The translations under genes and the position numbers were made by a program. 64,000 nt of DNA, taken from assembly GCA_965238005.1 (NCBI GenBank), contig OZ250165.1:2400001-2464000 (forward strand), given 5' to 3'. The notes below the pieces were generated by a model that ran no database searches, was not told the DNA's origin, and was given only the letters and a program-made list of their open reading frames with translations. Shown here piece by piece: positions 1 through 10,306 of the stretch. How positions within the stretch are numbered: the first letter of the stretch is position 1; the number at the start of each line of letters is the position of its first letter. This DNA is from Longimicrobiales bacterium. Lineage in GTDB: Bacteria > Gemmatimonadota > Gemmatimonadetes > Longimicrobiales > Gaopeijiaceae.

Positions 1-333
1 TGCGGGACCCCCCTTCCCATTAGCGAACACATATGAAAACGAGCTCACCTGCCGGGAGGACCGTTCCGATCCGGTCAGTGTGCACGAGGCGCATGGTAGG
101 TGTGGAGCCGTTCGGGCTGCAGCGCTACGGGGTTACGAGTGGCGCCCGCCAGCTCCCTCTTCTGCGCCCGAAGCCGTCACCATGGATGCGACGGCTTCAC
201 GTGGACCCGTGGGGATCACTGGCACACGCGTCCAGCGGAGGAGGCGTAGGGAGAGGCATCCCTACCGCACTCCGGCCAGTGCTCCCTGTGTAGGCGCGTA
301 GCGGCTCACGGGGAGGTGTGGGCTGGTCGGCCG

Positions 334-410
334 CTACTGCGGCCGATCTTGCTGGTTGATGTACTGCTGCATTACCAAGGCGGTGCTCCACCACAGGAGA
401 GGAGGCAGGA
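334..410 (-). pseudogene. tnpA: IS200/IS605 Y1 transposase TnpA, C-terminal fragment (frameshifted)
   Basis: Two frames join as SCLLSCGGAP / LVMQQYINQQDRPQ*, matching the TnpA C-terminal pattern SYC..SCGGAPL..I.QYI.QQ. Confidence 0.7.
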
Positions 411-797
411 TGAGAAGCCGGGGTTCCCCCGGTACAAATCGCCGAGTCACTTCACTGGGTGGGGATACAAGAAGCACGGGGATGGCTGGCGCTTCACGCT
501 TGATACCGATCACCGGCACCGGATCCGAAACGGCACGCTCCGGATCAGTGGGATCGGGGAGATGCGCCCCCCGCGGCAGGATGCGTACCTATGGTCTTCC
601 GAAGACCTGCCTGATCGTCCAGGAGCACGGACGATGGTATGCGTCGATCACTCCTGTGCTTCCCCGGGCGGGAGACGACCGGCCAGGCCGCAGGCATTGA
701 CTGGGGAGTCTCGACCTTCGCCACGGTGGCCACGGCCGAGGGTGGTGTAGCCCAGATCCAGAACCCCAGACTGCTCCGGTCCGCAGAGAGGCTCTGG
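410..797 (+). pseudogene. tnpB: TnpB fragment, two frameshifts, truncated after RuvC-I
   Basis: KPGFPRYKS..FTGWGYK..GDGWRF, then RGRMRTYGLPKTCLIVQEHGRWYASIT, then AAGIDWGVSTFATVA..IQNPRLLR in three successive frames. Confidence 0.8.
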
Positions 798-808
798 CCC
801 AGGCGCAG

Positions 809-1004
809 CTCGAGCTCGACGATGGGAGCATGGTCCTCGAAGGTCCGGGAATCGGCCGGGGCGGCGTCCCCATCATCAACCGCATCACCTGGTCGGTTGT
901 GAACAGGGACCCGGATCATGTCCGGCAGCTCTGGCAGACCTCCACCGACGACGGTAAGAGCTGGTCCGTGGCCTTCGACCGACACTACCACCGCGGGGGG
1001 AGAA
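809..1004 (+). pseudogene. 3' fragment of a conserved hypothetical (DUF1579-like) gene
   Basis: GSMVLEG..INRITW..VRQLWQTSTDDGKSWSVAFD.HY; no N-terminus; lies between the tnpB remnant and a MITE. Confidence 0.45.
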
Positions 1005-1284
1005 CTAGTGTGGTGTCCCAGAAGTTCGCGAGCCACCGAGAGTGCCGAGGCGCCGGATTCGGGGCACCCGCGCCGTTAGGCGTGGATCAGGCGCGACGAC
1101 GAGGAGTAGCAACGCGGGCACCGCGGCCGAAGGCCGTGGTCCGAGGAGGAGGAACACCGCAGGGCCGGATGCATCGGTGCTCGAGCCGAGCGACCTTCAT
1201 GCTTGCCGTGAGCGCCGAGTCGACCGCGAGACGATCGAGCGCAGCGAGATCAATGGCCGAGACACTTCTGGGACACCACACTGG
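1005..1284 (+). mobile_element. MITE family A (IS630-like ends), full copy
   Basis: Perfect 19-bp inverted repeat AGTGTGGTGTCCCAGAAGT (1007-1025) / ACTTCTGGGACACCACACT (1264-1282); CTAG at left; second copy at 33006-33182. Confidence 0.85.
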
Positions 1285-1446
1285 GAGCCTGCTCCGGCGC
1301 CTCGCACTTCCCGAGGCCTCAGCCGGCACGATCACGGCCGGCCGGAAGTGGCCCGCTTCATGCACATCTGTTTCTGCGACTTCAATGCCAGCCTATCTTG
1401 CCGCGGCCCCGACCAGATGAAGACAACCGAGAGAGACCGGAGAACG

Positions 1447-2391
1447 ATGGCAGACACCCAGCCCTTCAGCGAGCTCGAGCGCAGGCTGGGCTCGGAGCGG
1501 CTCGAGGTGGACGCCCCCCTGGCACCTCTCACCACGTTCAGGATCGGAGGGACGGCGGACCGGCTGTTTCGTGCTCGTACCGCCGACGAGCTCGTCGAAT
1601 CGGTCCTGGCTGTGCGGGAGTTGGGGATTCCGCACTTTCTGCTGGGTAAGGGCGCCAACGTTCTGGTGGGCGACGGTGGATTCCGCGGCGTCGTGATCCG
1701 CTGTGAGGTACGGGCTGTGGACTTCCTCGAGTCGGATCTGGTGAGGGCCGGCTCCGGAGTCGACACCTACCCGGATCTCATCGAGGCCACCGTCAGTCGA
1801 GGACTGGCCGGTCTCCATCACTTCGTTGGCATCCCGAGCACGGTGGGAGGGGCCATGTGGCAGAACCTGCACTTCCTCTCCCCCGCCCCGGAGCGAGAGC
1901 GCACGATCTTCATCGAAGAGATGGTCGAGGCTGCCGAGATCCTCACCGAAGAGGGCGAGCGGCGCACGGTGGATCGGGACTACTTCGATTTCGGATACGA
2001 CTACAGCATTCTGCACGAACGGGACGACGTGGTCCTGTCTGTGGACCTTCGCCTTGCGCGAGCACCCGAAGCGGAGCTTCGCCGGGTCATGAGCGAAAAT
2101 CTCGAGTGGCGCAAGGACCGGCATCCGGACCTCCGGGTCCACGCCAGCGCCGGGTCGATCTTCCAGAAGATCGAAGGGATCGGGGCGGGACGGCTCATCG
2201 ACGAGTGCGGCCTGAAGGGGCGAGTACACGGGCGCGCTCAGATCTTCTCCCGGCACGCCAACATCATCGTGAACCTGGGGGGAGCCACGGCAGCAGACGT
2301 ACGGGCCCTCATCGACCTGGCCCAGGAGACCGTGGCCCGGGAACAGGGACATGACCTGGTTCCGGAGATCACCTTCGTCGGGGAGTTCTGA
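1447..2391 (+). CDS. murB: UDP-N-acetylenolpyruvoylglucosamine reductase
   Basis: TTFRIGG, LGKGANVL, GIPSTVGGA, SAGSIF, HANIIVN motifs; RBS GGAG before ATG 1447. Confidence 0.95.
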   Translation: MADTQPFSELERRLGSERLEVDAPLAPLTTFRIGGTADRLFRARTADELVESVLAVRELGIPHFLLGKGANVLVGDGGFRGVVIRCEVRAVDFLESDLVRAGSGVDTYPDLIEATVSRGLAGLHHFVGIPSTVGGAMWQNLHFLSPAPERERTIFIEEMVEAAEILTEEGERRTVDRDYFDFGYDYSILHERDDVVLSVDLRLARAPEAELRRVMSENLEWRKDRHPDLRVHASAGSIFQKIEGIGAGRLIDECGLKGRVHGRAQIFSRHANIIVNLGGATAADVRALIDLAQETVAREQGHDLVPEITFVGEF

Positions 2392-2398
2392 GGGTAGG

Positions 2399-3061
2399 CT
2401 ACCCGGCGAGCTCCCGCAGGAGATCTCCGCCCAGGTCGTGGCCGCCGGGATGCGTCAGCGTGCGGAATGGGACCTCCATGTCCGCCAGCCTGGCCTCTTG
2501 CCGCTGGTGAGCAGCCTCCGAGACGTAGGGATCCGACAGGCCACGAACCAGCACCAGATCGGTGCCGGCCAGGCGGGCGGGGCCCCGCTCCCCGTCGAGG
2601 TCGTCGGGCGGGTAGGCGCCCCAACAGACTAGCAGCCGTACGGGCATCTCTCCCGCGACCACCCACCGGCAGGCCGTGTGGACCCCCTGGGAGAAGCCCA
2701 GGACGATGAGGCTCTCGGGCGGACCACCCATTTTCTCCTCCACCTCTCCGACGACCGCATCGAGATACCCTATGTAGTCGCGGATCTCACTCAGCCGGTC
2801 CTCTCTGGTCATCCACGTGGCGCCGATGGTATCGTCGGGACCGTGTTGGCGTGTGCCGTCGTCCAGGTAGAAGCGCGACAGGCCTTCGGGCGCCACGATG
2901 AGGCGAGAGCCTTCATCCAGGCCCCGGAAGTCGCGTAGGAAGCGCCGGGCGAGCTGTCGGTATCCATGGCAGACGAGCCACAGCTGGCGCGTGTCAGGGC
3001 CGGCGGTGCCCAGGGTGAAGTAGCGGGCCGTCCTGGAAACCTGGATGTGGTGCTCGTCCAC
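2399..3061 (-). CDS. Phospholipase/carboxylesterase (alpha/beta hydrolase)
   Basis: HGY.Q, APEGLSRFY, GFSQG nucleophile, D and GGH catalytic residues; GTG start inferred. Confidence 0.85.
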   Translation of the reverse strand: MDEHHIQVSRTARYFTLGTAGPDTRQLWLVCHGYRQLARRFLRDFRGLDEGSRLIVAPEGLSRFYLDDGTRQHGPDDTIGATWMTREDRLSEIRDYIGYLDAVVGEVEEKMGGPPESLIVLGFSQGVHTACRWVVAGEMPVRLLVCWGAYPPDDLDGERGPARLAGTDLVLVRGLSDPYVSEAAHQRQEARLADMEVPFRTLTHPGGHDLGGDLLRELAG

Positions 3062-3069
3062 GTGTCGCC

Positions 3070-3447
3070 TCAGATCCCGAACCACAGGTAGACGGTGTAC
3101 CTCAAGAAGCCGACGTGGGAGAGCAGGAAGAGCGCGAGAACGCCCCGCCGCCACCGGCTTCGGTCCACCTTGAAGTTCTTGAAGATGAGACCGATAGGCA
3201 GGAGCAGGATCCACCCGACGTAGGGCAGGAAGTGAGTCGCCAACGTCGGGAAGGTGTCCAGGAATACGGACGGCTGCCCCGACGACAGCCCGAGGCCTCG
3301 GAGTAGTGTCCGCAGCCCCAGGGGAAAGAGCACGCAGTACTCCGGAATGACAAAGAGGGCGTTCACGAAGAAGAGCATGCCCTCGCGGGTTTCGATCCAG
3401 GGCTCAGACGGATTCTCGCCGGGTGCCTGCTGCGTGGCGTCCGTCAT
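3070..3447 (-). CDS. Hypothetical membrane protein
   Basis: About three hydrophobic segments; ATGA overlap with the rmlC stop. Confidence 0.7.
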   Translation of the reverse strand: MTDATQQAPGENPSEPWIETREGMLFFVNALFVIPEYCVLFPLGLRTLLRGLGLSSGQPSVFLDTFPTLATHFLPYVGWILLLPIGLIFKNFKVDRSRWRRGVLALFLLSHVGFLRYTVYLWFGI

Positions 3448-4004
3448 TCTCCGTACCGGAAAGGACTGACGCCGTCCTGGAGGAGCGGTAGCGTCCGATC
3501 ACGCTCCGAGAGAACGGGATCGTTGAGCGGCCACGGGATCCCCACCGAAGGATCGTCCCAGGCGATGCCGCCGTCGAGGTCCGCGTCGAACTCGGCAGAT
3601 ACCTTGTAAACCAGGTCCGCCGCCTCGCTTAGGCAGAGATATCCGTGGGCGAACCCGCGAGGGATGTAGAGGATCTCTCCCTCTTCTCCGGAAAGCACGC
3701 CTCCCACCCAGCCACCGAAGGTGGGCGATCCGACCCTCAGATCCACGGCCACATCGAAGACCTCGCCATGGACGACGCGGACGAGCTTGGCCTGGGCCCG
3801 CGGTGGCGCCTGGAAGTGCAGACCACGCAACACGCCACGGGTGGACCGGGCGTGGTTGTCCTGGACGAAGATGTCCGGCACCCCGCCTTCCTCGAAAGCT
3901 GATGCACGGTACGTCTCCGAAAAGAAGCCCCGCTGATCGTCGTACCGGGCCGGTGTGATCCGGATCACGTCCGGTATCTCGAGTCGCTCAAAACGAAAAG
4001 ACAT
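3444..4004 (-). CDS. rmlC: dTDP-4-dehydrorhamnose 3,5-epimerase
   Basis: DQRGFFSE, FVQDNH, LRGLHFQ, DVAVDLR, GFAHGY, WDDP motifs. Confidence 0.95.
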   Translation of the reverse strand: MSFRFERLEIPDVIRITPARYDDQRGFFSETYRASAFEEGGVPDIFVQDNHARSTRGVLRGLHFQAPPRAQAKLVRVVHGEVFDVAVDLRVGSPTFGGWVGGVLSGEEGEILYIPRGFAHGYLCLSEAADLVYKVSAEFDADLDGGIAWDDPSVGIPWPLNDPVLSERDRTLPLLQDGVSPFRYGE

Positions 4005-4201
4005 GGAACCGTGTGCGGCTTTCGGTCGTCCTATTTGTGTGGAGACCCCGTCAGTCCGACGGCTGCCCGCCGAGTCGCGCCGAAAGGTGTCAGCGCGTCT
4101 CCGGCCCGGCAACCGTCCCACTGTCAGGAGAACTCCTTTGCTCGACCGCGAGGTGGCGCTATGCTGAATACCACGGAAAGAACCGCTCGAAAGTGACGGT
4201 A

Positions 4202-6472
4202 ATGAGCCCAAAATCAGCCGCCACGGCTACCCTCCTCGCGGGACTGCTCATGACGCCCGGCTTCGGCCGGGCGCAGGAGTCGGACTCGCTCGTGCAGGGG
4301 CAGACGCCCGGCGACGCGGTGGATCCCGTCCGACAGCCGGGAGCAAACCCCTTCTCGGGCTTCGAGACGCACTTTCTCGCCAACGGGCTCAAGGTTTGGT
4401 TCAAGCGTCTGTCCGACGCCCCCAACGTCTCCGTCAGCCTTGCGGTCCCGTTCGGCTCGCACTGGGATCCTCGGGGAAAGGAAGGCCTGGCCCACTTCAC
4501 GGAGCACATGCTCTTCTCGGACCACGAGGGTCGATCCGAGCAGGAGGTGAAGGACGCCATCGAGGGACTCGGAGGACGGCGCAACGGCTTCACCACGGCG
4601 GACCACACCTGGTACTACGCCACCATCGACAAGCGACACGGGCTCTTCGCCATCGAGTGGCTCTCCCGTATCGTCTCGCCCCACGCCATGGATCCGGAGG
4701 TGGTGGAGCGAAACCGGCAGCCCATCGCCCTCGAGACGAACGCCAGGCCCCGTGAGATCTTCGAGCACGTTTGGTCGTTTATCAACCCATCGGTGCTCAT
4801 GCCACCCGACTTCTGGCAAAAAGAGTATGGGATGAACACGCGCGGCCTTCGGCCAATGGACCGATGGGCCACCCTGCACGCCATCACGCCGGAGGACCTG
4901 CGCGGGTTCTACGACACGTACTACGTGCCGGCGGCCATGACCCTCACGATCGTGGGTGACCTGGATCGTGACGAAGCGCTGGCAACGGCTGAGAGCACTT
5001 TCGGAACTCTCCCGAGACGCTCTGTTCCTCCCCGCGAGATCGCCATTCAGGATCCGAACAGGATGAGGGCCACCTACGCCTGGGGCTTTCCCTCCAACGT
5101 GCGGTACACGGCGCGCTACAAGCTCTACCACCCCAGCGCCGAGGACGAGCTCATGATCCTCTTCACACGGGATCTGCTCAATCGGCGCCTCAACCAACGC
5201 CTGCGCTATGGTGAGCAGAAGGCGGTCTACGGCCTCCAGGTTGCGTCCTCCAAGAGGGGCCCCGCCGGGTTCCTCCAGGTGAGAGGCTCTATCGACGAAG
5301 ATGAATACGACTTCGCTCTCGGTGTCATCGAGGAGGAGATCGAAGCACTCCGGACCGGCACCCTGGACCCCATCGCCTTCGAGGCGGACCGGACGGCCGT
5401 CATCGAACGCCTCCGTAGCGGAAATCAGACGTCGGCGACCCTGAACTTCTGGGTGCACCGCAACTTCTACGACCCGGACACGTTCACGGACTTCCCGGAC
5501 GTCCTCGGGTTCTACGAGGGCGTGACTCAGGAAGAGATTGCCTCGTTCGCGGCGCGAAACCTGGTGCCCGAACGGCAGGTCCTGTCCGTCCTGCACATCC
5601 ATCCGGTCACCCAGGGGATCATGGTGGCGGCTCTTCTGATCCTAGTGTGGGTGGCCGTTCGGATCGTCGGATGGGGTCTCACGAGCCCGGTCACGATGAG
5701 CGACATCCGGTATGTGGCACGATTCCGAATGCCGATCGTTTTCAGGGTCGTGGCGGTCCTGGCCATCGGGGGTGTGGGCCTCGTCCTGGCCCGACTCACC
5801 TTCTTCGGCCTCCAGTGGATCACGCTCACCTACGTGGCGACGGTGGACGATTACGCGATCCAAACGGCGAGCTATGCCCTCATGCTAGTCGCGGTCTTGG
5901 CGCTGTTCCTGGTCTATCTATCTCGCTTTCCCAGGAAGCTCCTGATCTTCCCGGATCACCTGCGAGTCAAGTCGCTGGCGTATCGCTCCCGGGTCTTCAA
6001 GCCCGAGGATCTCGAGGAGATCTCGCTGCGACGCTTCCACAAGGTCTGGCTCAGCAGGGACCTCTTCCGCTGCTTCCCTATGTCGATGGGGTTGATCCGG
6101 CCCGGTATCTACCTGCGGCCCATGAAGGGGCGGGCATACTTCTTCCGCACACGGGACAGCAAGGAGCTCATCGAGGTCCTGGGAGCCTGGCGAGGCGAGC
6201 CCATCACGAAGGCGACCCCCGAGCCACGTGACGAGGCGACGCGCGAGCCACGTGACGAGGCGACGCGCGAGGATTCCGCCGGGACCTCTTCAAAGGCGGG
6301 CGTCGTACCGCAGTCGACAAAGTCCCCGGCGCCTGTGGCGCCGGATCCGTCACTCGTCGAAGAGAGCCACGACGACATCGACTTCGACAGCATCGGGCTC
6401 ACGGACGAGGAGATGGAAGAGCTTCTCGGCGAGACCAAGCGAGACGACGGCTCTACTTGCGGAGGCGACTGA
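4202..6472 (+). CDS. M16 (insulinase/pitrilysin) zinc peptidase with signal peptide and C-terminal membrane domain
   Basis: GLAHFTEHM (HxxEH), NGFTT.D.T.Y; three C-terminal hydrophobic helices and an acidic tail. Confidence 0.85.
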   Translation: MSPKSAATATLLAGLLMTPGFGRAQESDSLVQGQTPGDAVDPVRQPGANPFSGFETHFLANGLKVWFKRLSDAPNVSVSLAVPFGSHWDPRGKEGLAHFTEHMLFSDHEGRSEQEVKDAIEGLGGRRNGFTTADHTWYYATIDKRHGLFAIEWLSRIVSPHAMDPEVVERNRQPIALETNARPREIFEHVWSFINPSVLMPPDFWQKEYGMNTRGLRPMDRWATLHAITPEDLRGFYDTYYVPAAMTLTIVGDLDRDEALATAESTFGTLPRRSVPPREIAIQDPNRMRATYAWGFPSNVRYTARYKLYHPSAEDELMILFTRDLLNRRLNQRLRYGEQKAVYGLQVASSKRGPAGFLQVRGSIDEDEYDFALGVIEEEIEALRTGTLDPIAFEADRTAVIERLRSGNQTSATLNFWVHRNFYDPDTFTDFPDVLGFYEGVTQEEIASFAARNLVPERQVLSVLHIHPVTQGIMVAALLILVWVAVRIVGWGLTSPVTMSDIRYVARFRMPIVFRVVAVLAIGGVGLVLARLTFFGLQWITLTYVATVDDYAIQTASYALMLVAVLALFLVYLSRFPRKLLIFPDHLRVKSLAYRSRVFKPEDLEEISLRRFHKVWLSRDLFRCFPMSMGLIRPGIYLRPMKGRAYFFRTRDSKELIEVLGAWRGEPITKATPEPRDEATREPRDEATREDSAGTSSKAGVVPQSTKSPAPVAPDPSLVEESHDDIDFDSIGLTDEEMEELLGETKRDDGSTCGGD
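6221..6268 (+). repeat. Perfect 24-bp tandem duplication (EPRDEATR x2)
   Basis: GAGCCACGTGACGAGGCGACGCGC repeated twice. Confidence 0.95.
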
Positions 6473-6510
6473 TCGGAGGGCTAGCCGTACCCCATTGCTC
6501 GGACGGACCC

Positions 6511-7893
6511 CTAGACCCCGACCTCCACGCCTTCTTCGAGGTGCAGCCTCCTGAGATCCCGTCCGAAGCGAACCCGCACACGCATCAGTAGGAACACCGA
6601 GACGGCTGCCAGGCCTGCAGCCATCCCCCACCAGAGCCCCAAGGGGCCGAAACCCGCGCGGAAGCCGAAGTAGAGGCTGATGGGCAGTCCGATGAGCCAG
6701 AAGCCGACCAGGTTCACCACCATGGGCGCCAGCGTGTCACCGACTCCCCGCAGCACGCCCGAGGCCACCGCTTGCAGCCCGTCGAAGACCTGGAAGATCC
6801 CAGCCACGGGAATGAGCGCAGCCGCCAGGCTCACCACCACCATGTCCGGGCTGTAGATCCGCGCCAGCACTCCGGGAACACTCAGGAACGTGACGCCGAA
6901 AAATGTCATCATGCCACCGACGAAGAGGAGGCCCGCACCTGCCGAGCGCCTAGCCTGCGCCGGATCCCCCGCCCCTACGGCCTGCCCCACAAGGACCGCG
7001 CACGCCTGCGTGACCCCCACGGCGGCCATGAAGGTGAAGCTCGCCAGGTTGATAGCCACCTGGTGGCTCGCCATGGGAATGGTCCCCAGCCACCCCATGG
7101 AGATCCCGATGACGCCGAACACACCGAACTCGAGAAAGAACTGGACACCGATGGGCGCGCCGAGACGGAACATCCGGAGCAGGGGCCCCGCCGCCATCGC
7201 CTGGGGCCGCAACGGCCACAGATACGGTCGCAGGACAGGCCAGGCCACCACCAGAAGAGCCATGACCATGACCCACCTGCTGAGCGTCGTGGCCCATCCG
7301 GATCCCACCGCGCCCATGGCCGGAAAACCCAGGTTGCCGAAGATCAGCACCCAGTTGAAGAAGACGTTGGCCAGGTTGGCCACGAGGATGACCACGACGA
7401 TGGGAGCCACCCGGCCCATGGCCTGGAGGCTCTGCCTCAGAACGATGAAACCGTAGAACGGCAACACGCCCGGGATCGAGACCAGGGCGTACTCGGCCGC
7501 CACCGGAATCACGTCCGGAGGCTGGCGCAACAAGGTCAAGAAAGGCAGGCCAGGAGTCAGCAGAAGCGAAGAGAAGAGGGCGAGGAGGGCGGCCATGACG
7601 AATCCACGCTGGATACCACGGGCGATTCCCGCTCGGTCGTCGGCTCCAAAGGCTTGGGAGACCACGGGATCCAGCGCGAAGAGCGTGCCGAGCCCGAAGC
7701 TCGCCGTCAGGAAGAAGTACAGGTTGCCTAGAGCTACGGCCGCCAGGTCGCGGGCCGATAGGTGCCCCACCATGACGGTGTCCACCGCACCCATGAGCAT
7801 GACGCCCACCTGGACGGCCGCCACGGGCATGGCCAGTCGGATCAGAGCGGTGAAGTCGCCCTTCACGGGGACCATTTGGCGAACGACGCGCAT
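6511..7893 (-). CDS. MATE family efflux transporter (NorM-like)
   Basis: VDTVMVGHL, FQVFDGLQAV, G.LRG.GDT; about 12 TM helices; start uncertain. Confidence 0.9.
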   Translation of the reverse strand: MRVVRQMVPVKGDFTALIRLAMPVAAVQVGVMLMGAVDTVMVGHLSARDLAAVALGNLYFFLTASFGLGTLFALDPVVSQAFGADDRAGIARGIQRGFVMAALLALFSSLLLTPGLPFLTLLRQPPDVIPVAAEYALVSIPGVLPFYGFIVLRQSLQAMGRVAPIVVVILVANLANVFFNWVLIFGNLGFPAMGAVGSGWATTLSRWVMVMALLVVAWPVLRPYLWPLRPQAMAAGPLLRMFRLGAPIGVQFFLEFGVFGVIGISMGWLGTIPMASHQVAINLASFTFMAAVGVTQACAVLVGQAVGAGDPAQARRSAGAGLLFVGGMMTFFGVTFLSVPGVLARIYSPDMVVVSLAAALIPVAGIFQVFDGLQAVASGVLRGVGDTLAPMVVNLVGFWLIGLPISLYFGFRAGFGPLGLWWGMAAGLAAVSVFLLMRVRVRFGRDLRRLHLEEGVEVGV

Positions 7894-8162
7894 GAGCACG
7901 GGGAATCGAGGTGGCACCGGATACGCAAAGGACCGCGCCGGGCCCGGAGGGTCCGACGCGGTCCGAGAAGGATAACGCTTTCGAGGCGAGCGGTCCGGCG
8001 CCCGGGCTCAGGCTCCCTCGATGGTGGGTGTCACTACGAGACTGAGGGCACCGCCACCCACCAGAGCCGAAGTGGTCCCAAGCACGAGCGACTGGCCATT
8101 CGATGGAGATGTCGGAGACGCCGTTGGCGTTTACCGGAGGGACGAGGGCGGGATGGAGATCG

Positions 8163-8450
8163 CTACTTCCCGGCGGCGTCAGTGTGGCCGGACACCCGGG
8201 CCCGCTCTTCCCGACGGGCGCGATCCCGTCTGATCTCGAGCAGGAGTCGTTGCTCCTCTTCCAGTTCGCCTCGCCGCGGCGCCCGCACCCGCTCGGCCTG
8301 GGGAGCCACGAACGTGGAAACGAGAGTGATGGGGAATCCCAGCCAGAACGCGGCGAGGCGCTTGAAGCCCCGCTCGCCGTTCCGCACGTAAGAGCAGTAC
8401 GCGAAGTTGGCCGCCACCCAGACGAACGCCCCCAAAAGTCCACTGAACAT
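8163..8450 (-). CDS. Small hypothetical membrane protein
   Basis: GGAG RBS; two hydrophobic segments followed by a charged helix. Confidence 0.6.
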   Translation of the reverse strand: MFSGLLGAFVWVAANFAYCSYVRNGERGFKRLAAFWLGFPITLVSTFVAPQAERVRAPRRGELEEEQRLLLEIRRDRARREERARVSGHTDAAGK

Positions 8451-8765
8451 CTCACGCTCCCCACATCCAGGGCTCGTACACTTCCTCGCTCGGGCCGAGG
8501 GAGGCACTACATCGCTCTCAATTACTACGCATCTCCAGCGTCATTTCGTCTGTCCTGTGGAGTTGTCCCCGCCTTCGAGCGTACACCGCTGGACCTCGTA
8601 CGGTCGGGCTCCCGTGACGGGAGTCGACACAAGGTCCTATCTTGGCAGGCCCGATCGCGGTCGGCCCTGGCCGCAGGCGACGAATCTGCTCCGCAAGGAG
8701 GCGAATGCAATCTTGGACGTCCATGCTTCCGACCTTCGAGGTCGACCGATGAGGGGGTCCCGCTA

Positions 8766-9248
8766 ATGGTTCGCACCGCCGAGTCACCCGGAGCGCACCT
8801 GCACCGACTCTGGAATCGCCTCTCCGCCCTCCCTGGCGGACGACGGATCTTCAGTTGGACCCTGCGCCTCATGGTCCCATACAGCGGGTACATCGGTCCA
8901 CGTGTCGAGGCCCTGGAGCCCGGTTACGCTCGCATATCGCTCAGGGATCGGCGCCGGGTCCGAAACCATCTTCGGTCCGTGCACGCCGTCGCTCTGGTCA
9001 ACCTGGGGGAGCTCACCACCGGGCTGGCCATGGTCACGGGACTGCCGTCCACCATCCGGGGCATCGTGAAAGGGCTCTCCACCGACTACCTCAAGAAGGC
9101 ACGAGGTCGGCTAGTCGCCGAATGCCGCTGCGATCCGCCCCACGTCGACGAGCCCACCGACTACACCGTGACCGCCGAAATTCGGGATGAAGACGGGGAC
9201 ATGGTGGCCAAGGTATCGGTCAACTGGCTCCTGGGGCCGGTCAAGTGA
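8766..9248 (+). CDS. Hotdog-fold thioesterase (PaaI/DUF4442-like)
   Basis: [25 protein letters not shown] motifs. Confidence 0.85.
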   Translation: MVRTAESPGAHLHRLWNRLSALPGGRRIFSWTLRLMVPYSGYIGPRVEALEPGYARISLRDRRRVRNHLRSVHAVALVNLGELTTGLAMVTGLPSTIRGIVKGLSTDYLKKARGRLVAECRCDPPHVDEPTDYTVTAEIRDEDGDMVAKVSVNWLLGPVK

Positions 9249-10267
9249 CGGAAGACACGTCCGTTCCCGAGGTCACGACACGGCTCACCCAGGACGCCGG
9301 AGTGCGTGTCCCCATCATCTGCGGCGCCATGTACCCCTGCTCCAACCCGGAGCTCGTTGCCGCGGCGTCCGAGTCGGGGGGCCTGGGCGTCCTCCAGCCC
9401 ATCTCCCTCACGTACGTGCACGGCTACGACTTCAGGGAGGGCATCCGCAAGATCCGATCTCTCACCGATCGTCCCATCGGCATGAACGCCCTCATCGAGC
9501 AGTCGTCGAAGACCTACCGGCGGCGGATGGAGGAGTGGCTCGACCTTGCCCTGGAAGAGGGCGTTCGCTTCTTCGTGACCTCGCTGGGCAAACCGGATTG
9601 GGTCGTCCGCACTGTTGAGCCCCATGGCGGCAAGGTCTACCACGACGTCACCGAGAGGAAGTGGGCCCAGAAAGGGATCGACTGCGGGGTCCACGGGCTC
9701 ATCGGCGTGAACAGCCGTGCGGGAGGCCACGCGGGCGACCTCGACACGAGGGCCCTCCTCGACGACGTGGGAGATCTGGGACTGCCCGTGGTGTGCGCGG
9801 GCGGGATCGGCACGGAGCAAGAGTTCGTGGATGCTCTCGAGCTCGGCTACGCCGGTATCCAGATGGGCACCCGCTTCATCGCCGCCGACGAGTGCTCCGC
9901 CAGCGACGAGTACAAACAGGCCATCGTGGACGCAGCCGAGGAGGACATCGTTCACAGCGAGCGCCTCACCGGAGTGCCTGTGGCCCTGATCGACACCCCC
10001 TTCGTCCGCCGGATGGGCCTCAAGGCCGGGCCCCTCGCCCGCTGGATGCTGAGAGGCCGCCGGACCAAGCACTGGATGCGCACCATCTACGCCCTGCGTT
10101 CCCTCTGGCAGCTGCGACGGTCCTTGCACGCCACCAGTGGACGCGGCGACTACTGGCAGGCAGGGCGGAGCGTGGCCGGCGTGCGGAGCGTAGAGCCGGT
10201 CGGCTCCATCGTGCGGAGATTCGCCCTCGCCGCCCATTCGGCTGCCCTGCCCGGCCCGGGCGACTGA
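9245..10267 (+). CDS. Nitronate monooxygenase family flavoprotein
   Basis: [37 protein letters not shown] overlap with the upstream gene. Confidence 0.9.
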   Translation: MTEDTSVPEVTTRLTQDAGVRVPIICGAMYPCSNPELVAAASESGGLGVLQPISLTYVHGYDFREGIRKIRSLTDRPIGMNALIEQSSKTYRRRMEEWLDLALEEGVRFFVTSLGKPDWVVRTVEPHGGKVYHDVTERKWAQKGIDCGVHGLIGVNSRAGGHAGDLDTRALLDDVGDLGLPVVCAGGIGTEQEFVDALELGYAGIQMGTRFIAADECSASDEYKQAIVDAAEEDIVHSERLTGVPVALIDTPFVRRMGLKAGPLARWMLRGRRTKHWMRTIYALRSLWQLRRSLHATSGRGDYWQAGRSVAGVRSVEPVGSIVRRFALAAHSAALPGPGD

Positions 10268-10306
10268 ACGTTCGACGAATTCGACTTCCCAACCGGGAGA
10301 TTACAG

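Larger units (their letters stand above)
170..797. mobile_element. Decayed IS200/IS605 (divergent tnpA/tnpB) element remnant with possible left-end hairpins
   Basis: tnpA 3' fragment on minus abuts a tnpB internal fragment on plus. Hairpins GAAGCCGTC-N11-GACGGCTTC (170-198) and a long stem (212-286) lie downstream of tnpA. Confidence 0.7.

Noticed and set aside
410..797. Active TnpB/Cas12-like RNA-guided nuclease
   Set aside because: Two frameshifts, only RuvC-I present, no right end or guide region, no CRISPR array.
1042..1446. Long N-terminal extension of MurB in the ORF track
   Set aside because: It is largely translated MITE sequence; the RBS-backed start is 1447.
8590..8760. Riboswitch or leader RNA upstream of the thioesterase
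   Set aside because: A few short hairpins, but no recognisable aptamer or terminator, and such stems are expected at this GC content.
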